Source: Thermofilaceae archaeon
GTDB taxonomy: Archaea; Thermoproteota; Thermoprotei; Thermofilales; Thermofilaceae
DNA: 64,000 bases
Direction of reading: 5' to 3'
NCBI GenBank assembly: GCA_038861545.1
Contig: JAWCCZ010000001.1
Coordinates: forward strand, 491,926 to 555,925
In this document: positions 60,667 to 64,000 of the stretch, in pieces
Layout of the letters: every line of letters starts with the position of its first letter
How positions within the stretch are numbered: position 1 is the first letter of the stretch
Notes under the pieces: generated by a model
What the model was told of the DNA's origin: nothing
Databases searched by the model: none
What the model saw: the letters and a program-made list of their open reading frames with translations, nothing else
Position numbers and translations under genes: made by a program

Positions 60667-61696
60667 GCTCGATGAGGCTCCCGTAGCCCGTCCTCCCCAG
60701 CAGCTCGATGAGCGACGTCCTCTTTGGTACGTTCGCGTAGGGGCCCATGTCCCTCGTGTAGCATTGACCCTCGCGGAGCCTGATGATCGATCCCTCGAGT
60801 ATCGCCGGATACATCGGCTTCCTCGACCTCTCAGCGATGCTGAAGCCTAACCCCCTGAGGCCTGCAGCGCCGGTGACCAGTCCGAAGAGGCACCCACCGT
60901 CCACCTCCACGCTCACCCTTCCACCCTCTCTCTTGATTCTCAGCGGGCTAGGAAGAATGAGCGGCGAAAGGAGCACCGCGTAGCCCTCCTTGAACTCCGC
61001 GCTAGCGATAGGCTTCACAACGCCTCCGTCAACACCCCGTACCTCGAGCCTGGCGATCCTACCTTCACCGCCTACCGCTGCCGCAGCCCCGTTGAGGCGG
61101 TTCAGCAGATGGGGTGCCGTGCTGCCGTCCAAGCCGACTTCGACGGCCATGTAATCGCAGTGGACCGAGACGTAGCTCGCAGTGTAGAGGAAGCCCTCTC
61201 TTACGGCTTTCAACCCTTCTCGAGCGGTCAAGGCTATCCCCACCCGCTCCTGCAGGCGGGGCTCTGCGCGGTCCTGCAACTTCCGCAATCTATTCATGAA
61301 GTCCTCTAGACCCCCCCTCTCGATCTTAGCGAGCTCCCGCTTGAAGTGATAAACGAGCTGGTTCAGATCGATGAAGAAGAAGTCGCCACCCGCTCTGATT
61401 GGAACGTAGCGGGTGGAGTCCCGGACCAGGTAGGGTCCGCGAATCCATCTGATGCCCAGCTCGTTGAGCAGCTTGAGCATCCTATCCACGTAGCACATCC
61501 AGCTTGAAACGGGCTTCACCGGCTGCTGTAGGAGGAGGGCTGTTAGGAGCCCAGCGACGGTGCTGGGAGCGAGGAATGCCTGCGAGACGGCGGACGCGCT
61601 CACCCCACGCGCTGAAGGGTCAAACTCGCCGGGACCCCTCAGCATGAGCGGCTCCAGCGGCCTTACCCTAACCTGGTAGACTGAAACACCGCTCAC
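60659..61696 (-). CDS. cmr3: Type III-B Cmr3 (Cas5 group)
   Basis: PLEPLMLR..F, PSTVAG, ERVGIAL, EGFLY, GGEGR, AILEGS. Confidence 0.88.
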   Translation of the reverse strand: MSGVSVYQVRVRPLEPLMLRGPGEFDPSARGVSASAVSQAFLAPSTVAGLLTALLLQQPVKPVSSWMCYVDRMLKLLNELGIRWIRGPYLVRDSTRYVPIRAGGDFFFIDLNQLVYHFKRELAKIERGGLEDFMNRLRKLQDRAEPRLQERVGIALTAREGLKAVREGFLYTASYVSVHCDYMAVEVGLDGSTAPHLLNRLNGAAAAVGGEGRIARLEVRGVDGGVVKPIASAEFKEGYAVLLSPLILPSPLRIKREGGRVSVEVDGGCLFGLVTGAAGLRGLGFSIAERSRKPMYPAILEGSIIRLREGQCYTRDMGPYANVPKRTSLIELLGRTGYGSLIELG

Positions 61697-64000
61697 CGTA
61701 TCCCACCCCTTAGATTCCTCGCGGAGCGAACGATTGCCGTGAAAATGTGCGCAGCTTCCTCTCTCCCTCCTGTTTCCGCCTCTACTACGCTAGCCCTAAA
61801 CTTCATGCTCTCATGCTTATCCAGCTCGCAGATGAGCTCCGAGAGTTCATCCCACCTGATTCCTCCTGCCTCTCTTCTCTCCCTTCCGCGCGCCAAGTTC
61901 CTCTTAAGGACGAAGTCCATCAGCAATTCAACAAGCTCCACGTGGCGCCTGGCGGCTTCCACAAGGTTGTTGTTCACGCTCTCCACGTCGTAGAGGAGAC
62001 TGGTGGAGTACAGCTGCTCGCCGAGAAGCGGGGATACCGAGCGGAGCAGGCCGTCAACGGCTTTGGCGGTTAGAGATACCTCGCAGAGGTAGTCTTCAGC
62101 TCTAACGCTCCCGTCCGCGACGTGGAAGCCCCTGTTCAGCGTCAGCGGAACGAAGGAGAGCTCCAAGCCCCCTCTCGGCACGTATGCGAAAGCGGCAGTA
62201 TCCTTCACGAGCACCTCCTGAACTTTTCCATGCACGCGGGTGCGAACCCTGCTTTTCGCATCTTCAAGAGCTGAGCCCGCGCGATTGAGTGCCAGGTGCA
62301 GCGGGTAAAGGTAGTGAGTTGGCAGCGCGCAGTAGCTCCTACCGACGCATGGCAGGGCTGGCAGCCAGGCGTTATTCACCCTGATAAAGCCCTTTTCCGG
62401 CGAGACTCGTATTCCACCGCTGGTCGAGTACGGCTGCTCAGACTCGTGCCGCTCCCCCGCCGTAGAAGCTCGCGGTTCACCGTCAGGCGTCGTCTCAGCG
62501 CAGCATTTATCGAGGGGGGCTCCCGCGAAGATGCGCCTGCTAACGTAGACTAGCCTCGCCAGAGAGTCGACTGGTGTGAACGCCATCAAATCGTCTCCGC
62601 CGGCATAGACGATGAAGCCTCCCAGCCTCGAGACCGCCACCGCTTCGAGGATTGCGATTCTGGATAGGGCACTGCTGATCGAGAAGTGGTAGGATATGCT
62701 CACAGGAATCATGCACTTGCGCCGAATTTCCTCTACCACCTTCCTGGCGCTGGTCAGCCGCCTTCTCACCTCATCCTCGCTCTCGTTCAGCTGCTCCGAG
62801 AGGGGTGCCGACCACTGTTCTAGGGCAGCCTGCCACCTCTCCTCATCTTCCTCCAGTAGCGCGGCGAGCAGCTTCTCGAACTCGCAAGATCCAGCAGTCC
62901 TCAAGATGCTTGCGAGCAAGGTTCTCAGTCTCGCAGGCTCGTCCTCCAGGCCGTACAGCGCCGAAACGTCGCCCACGAGCAGCTTACCGATGTTGTCGCC
63001 GTCGGCCAGAACGATGCCATAGTAGCTCCACAGGAAGCCAGCGAGACCCCACTCGCGCATAAGCGAGCTCCAGCGGGTCCTCAACTCCTTGTCGCTGGAA
63101 AGCCAGAGCGTTTCGGCGTCCGCCTTAAGGAGCCCGAGCAGCAGGATCTTCAGATCCTCACTCAGCTTCAACTCCCTAATCTCCCTCTCCAGCTTCCTTT
63201 CGGCGAGCCAGGGCCTGGCCTCGCTCGCAGCTGCTTTGAGAACTTCGAGGAACAGGGGGAAGCGAACTTCCAGCTGATCTTGGAGCCTCTGCGCTGGGAG
63301 AACCCCCTTACCTACGCTCTCGACGAGCCTCTCCCTAAGCCGAAGTGAGGCCACGTCGGGTGTGGATGGGAAGCCGAAGCGAGCTCTCTGAGGTGTCCGG
63401 GGTTCCTTGGCGAGCCGTCTAGCGTATTCCTCATCCTTGCCTAAGAGTAGTACGTTGAGTAGTCGTGGCTCGAGGCTGAGGACCCTCTTCGCGAAGCACC
63501 AGGCGCAGAGCCTCTCTCCGGGGGCGAAGATCGTCTTGAGGCCCCGAAGATCAATCTTAACTTTGTAGTTCTCCAGCCATTGGGTGAAGCCATCGAGCTC
63601 CGGCTCTTTCTCTCCGTGAGCCGCAGCATCTCTAATCCTTCTCCACCGTGCCTCGATTTCGGCGCTCTCCCAGCCCTTCGCCATGGCACCGTACACGTAG
63701 AAGCCGTACTCCTCCTCTTCGGGGCGTTCGCCCTCCCCCGAGGGTAGCACGAGGAGGGCCGGCAGCCTTCCACAGGAGGTGCAGTACTCGAAGCCTCTGG
63801 GCGAGCGGCGGGGGAAGCCTATGCCCCTAGCGAAGGCCGCTTCCGTGAGCTGGTCGACCTGCAGCTCAGCTTCAGGTTCGACCCTCTTGTACTTGCGCTG
63901 AGCTAGCCTCGAAGCCAGCTCGTTGTACTTTTCGCTGTAGGTACGCCAGTACTCTTGCCCCTCTAGCTCAACCTCGACCACCTCCATCCTGAGTAGGAGC
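61693..64000 (-). CDS. cmr2: Type III-B Cas10/Cmr2, 5'-truncated by the window edge
   Basis: CTSCG...ERLCAWCFAKR, FPST, ADGDNIG, YAGGDD palm motif; frame open to 64000. Confidence 0.92.
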   Translation of the reverse strand, partial: LLLRMEVVEVELEGQEYWRTYSEKYNELASRLAQRKYKRVEPEAELQVDQLTEAAFARGIGFPRRSPRGFEYCTSCGRLPALLVLPSGEGERPEEEEYGFYVYGAMAKGWESAEIEARWRRIRDAAAHGEKEPELDGFTQWLENYKVKIDLRGLKTIFAPGERLCAWCFAKRVLSLEPRLLNVLLLGKDEEYARRLAKEPRTPQRARFGFPSTPDVASLRLRERLVESVGKGVLPAQRLQDQLEVRFPLFLEVLKAAASEARPWLAERKLEREIRELKLSEDLKILLLGLLKADAETLWLSSDKELRTRWSSLMREWGLAGFLWSYYGIVLADGDNIGKLLVGDVSALYGLEDEPARLRTLLASILRTAGSCEFEKLLAALLEEDEERWQAALEQWSAPLSEQLNESEDEVRRRLTSARKVVEEIRRKCMIPVSISYHFSISSALSRIAILEAVAVSRLGGFIVYAGGDDLMAFTPVDSLARLVYVSRRIFAGAPLDKCCAETTPDGEPRASTAGERHESEQPYSTSGGIRVSPEKGFIRVNNAWLPALPCVGRSYCALPTHYLYPLHLALNRAGSALEDAKSRVRTRVHGKVQEVLVKDTAAFAYVPRGGLELSFVPLTLNRGFHVADGSVRAEDYLCEVSLTAKAVDGLLRSVSPLLGEQLYSTSLLYDVESVNNNLVEAARRHVELVELLMDFVLKRNLARGRERREAGGIRWDELSELICELDKHESMKFRASVVEAETGGREEAAHIFTAIVRSARNLRGGIR

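Noticed and set aside
58885-64000. CRISPR array near the cas genes
   Set aside because: No regularly spaced direct repeats seen here or elsewhere in the window

Overview
Archaeal genomic window. Gene content, TATA-type promoters, an intron-containing tRNA and a Rab-like GTPase suggest a thermophilic Thermoproteota member, possibly Thermofilaceae (inference). Left to right: type IV pilus genes (TadC-like platform, assembly ATPase, pilin), transporters, glutamine synthetase, XPD helicase and a glycerol utilisation operon. Next is a ~7 kb signalling-like locus (17.2-24.4 kb) with an MglA-like GTPase, a Rab-like GTPase, three roadblock-type proteins (one membrane-anchored), two paralogous Zn-ribbon/methyltransferase pairs and a tandem Lrp-like regulator. 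It is headed by an unannotated 51-aa signal-peptide-like ORF with a perfect 18-bp inverted repeat at its promoter. Then sugar catabolism genes (GH4, two GH38, Gfo/Idh/MocA), a small variable region (vapC remnant, AAA+ ATPase, ABC exporter), tRNA-Ile2(CAU) with intron, a UbiA + PIG-A-like glycosyltransferase pair, MscS, ferritin, an interrupted CxxC ORF, a 7-gene group 4 [NiFe]-hydrogenase operon, and the end of a type III-B CRISPR-Cas module (cas10/cmr2, cmr3, csx1). No CRISPR array is in the window. All family calls come from motif recognition by eye; no database searches were run.
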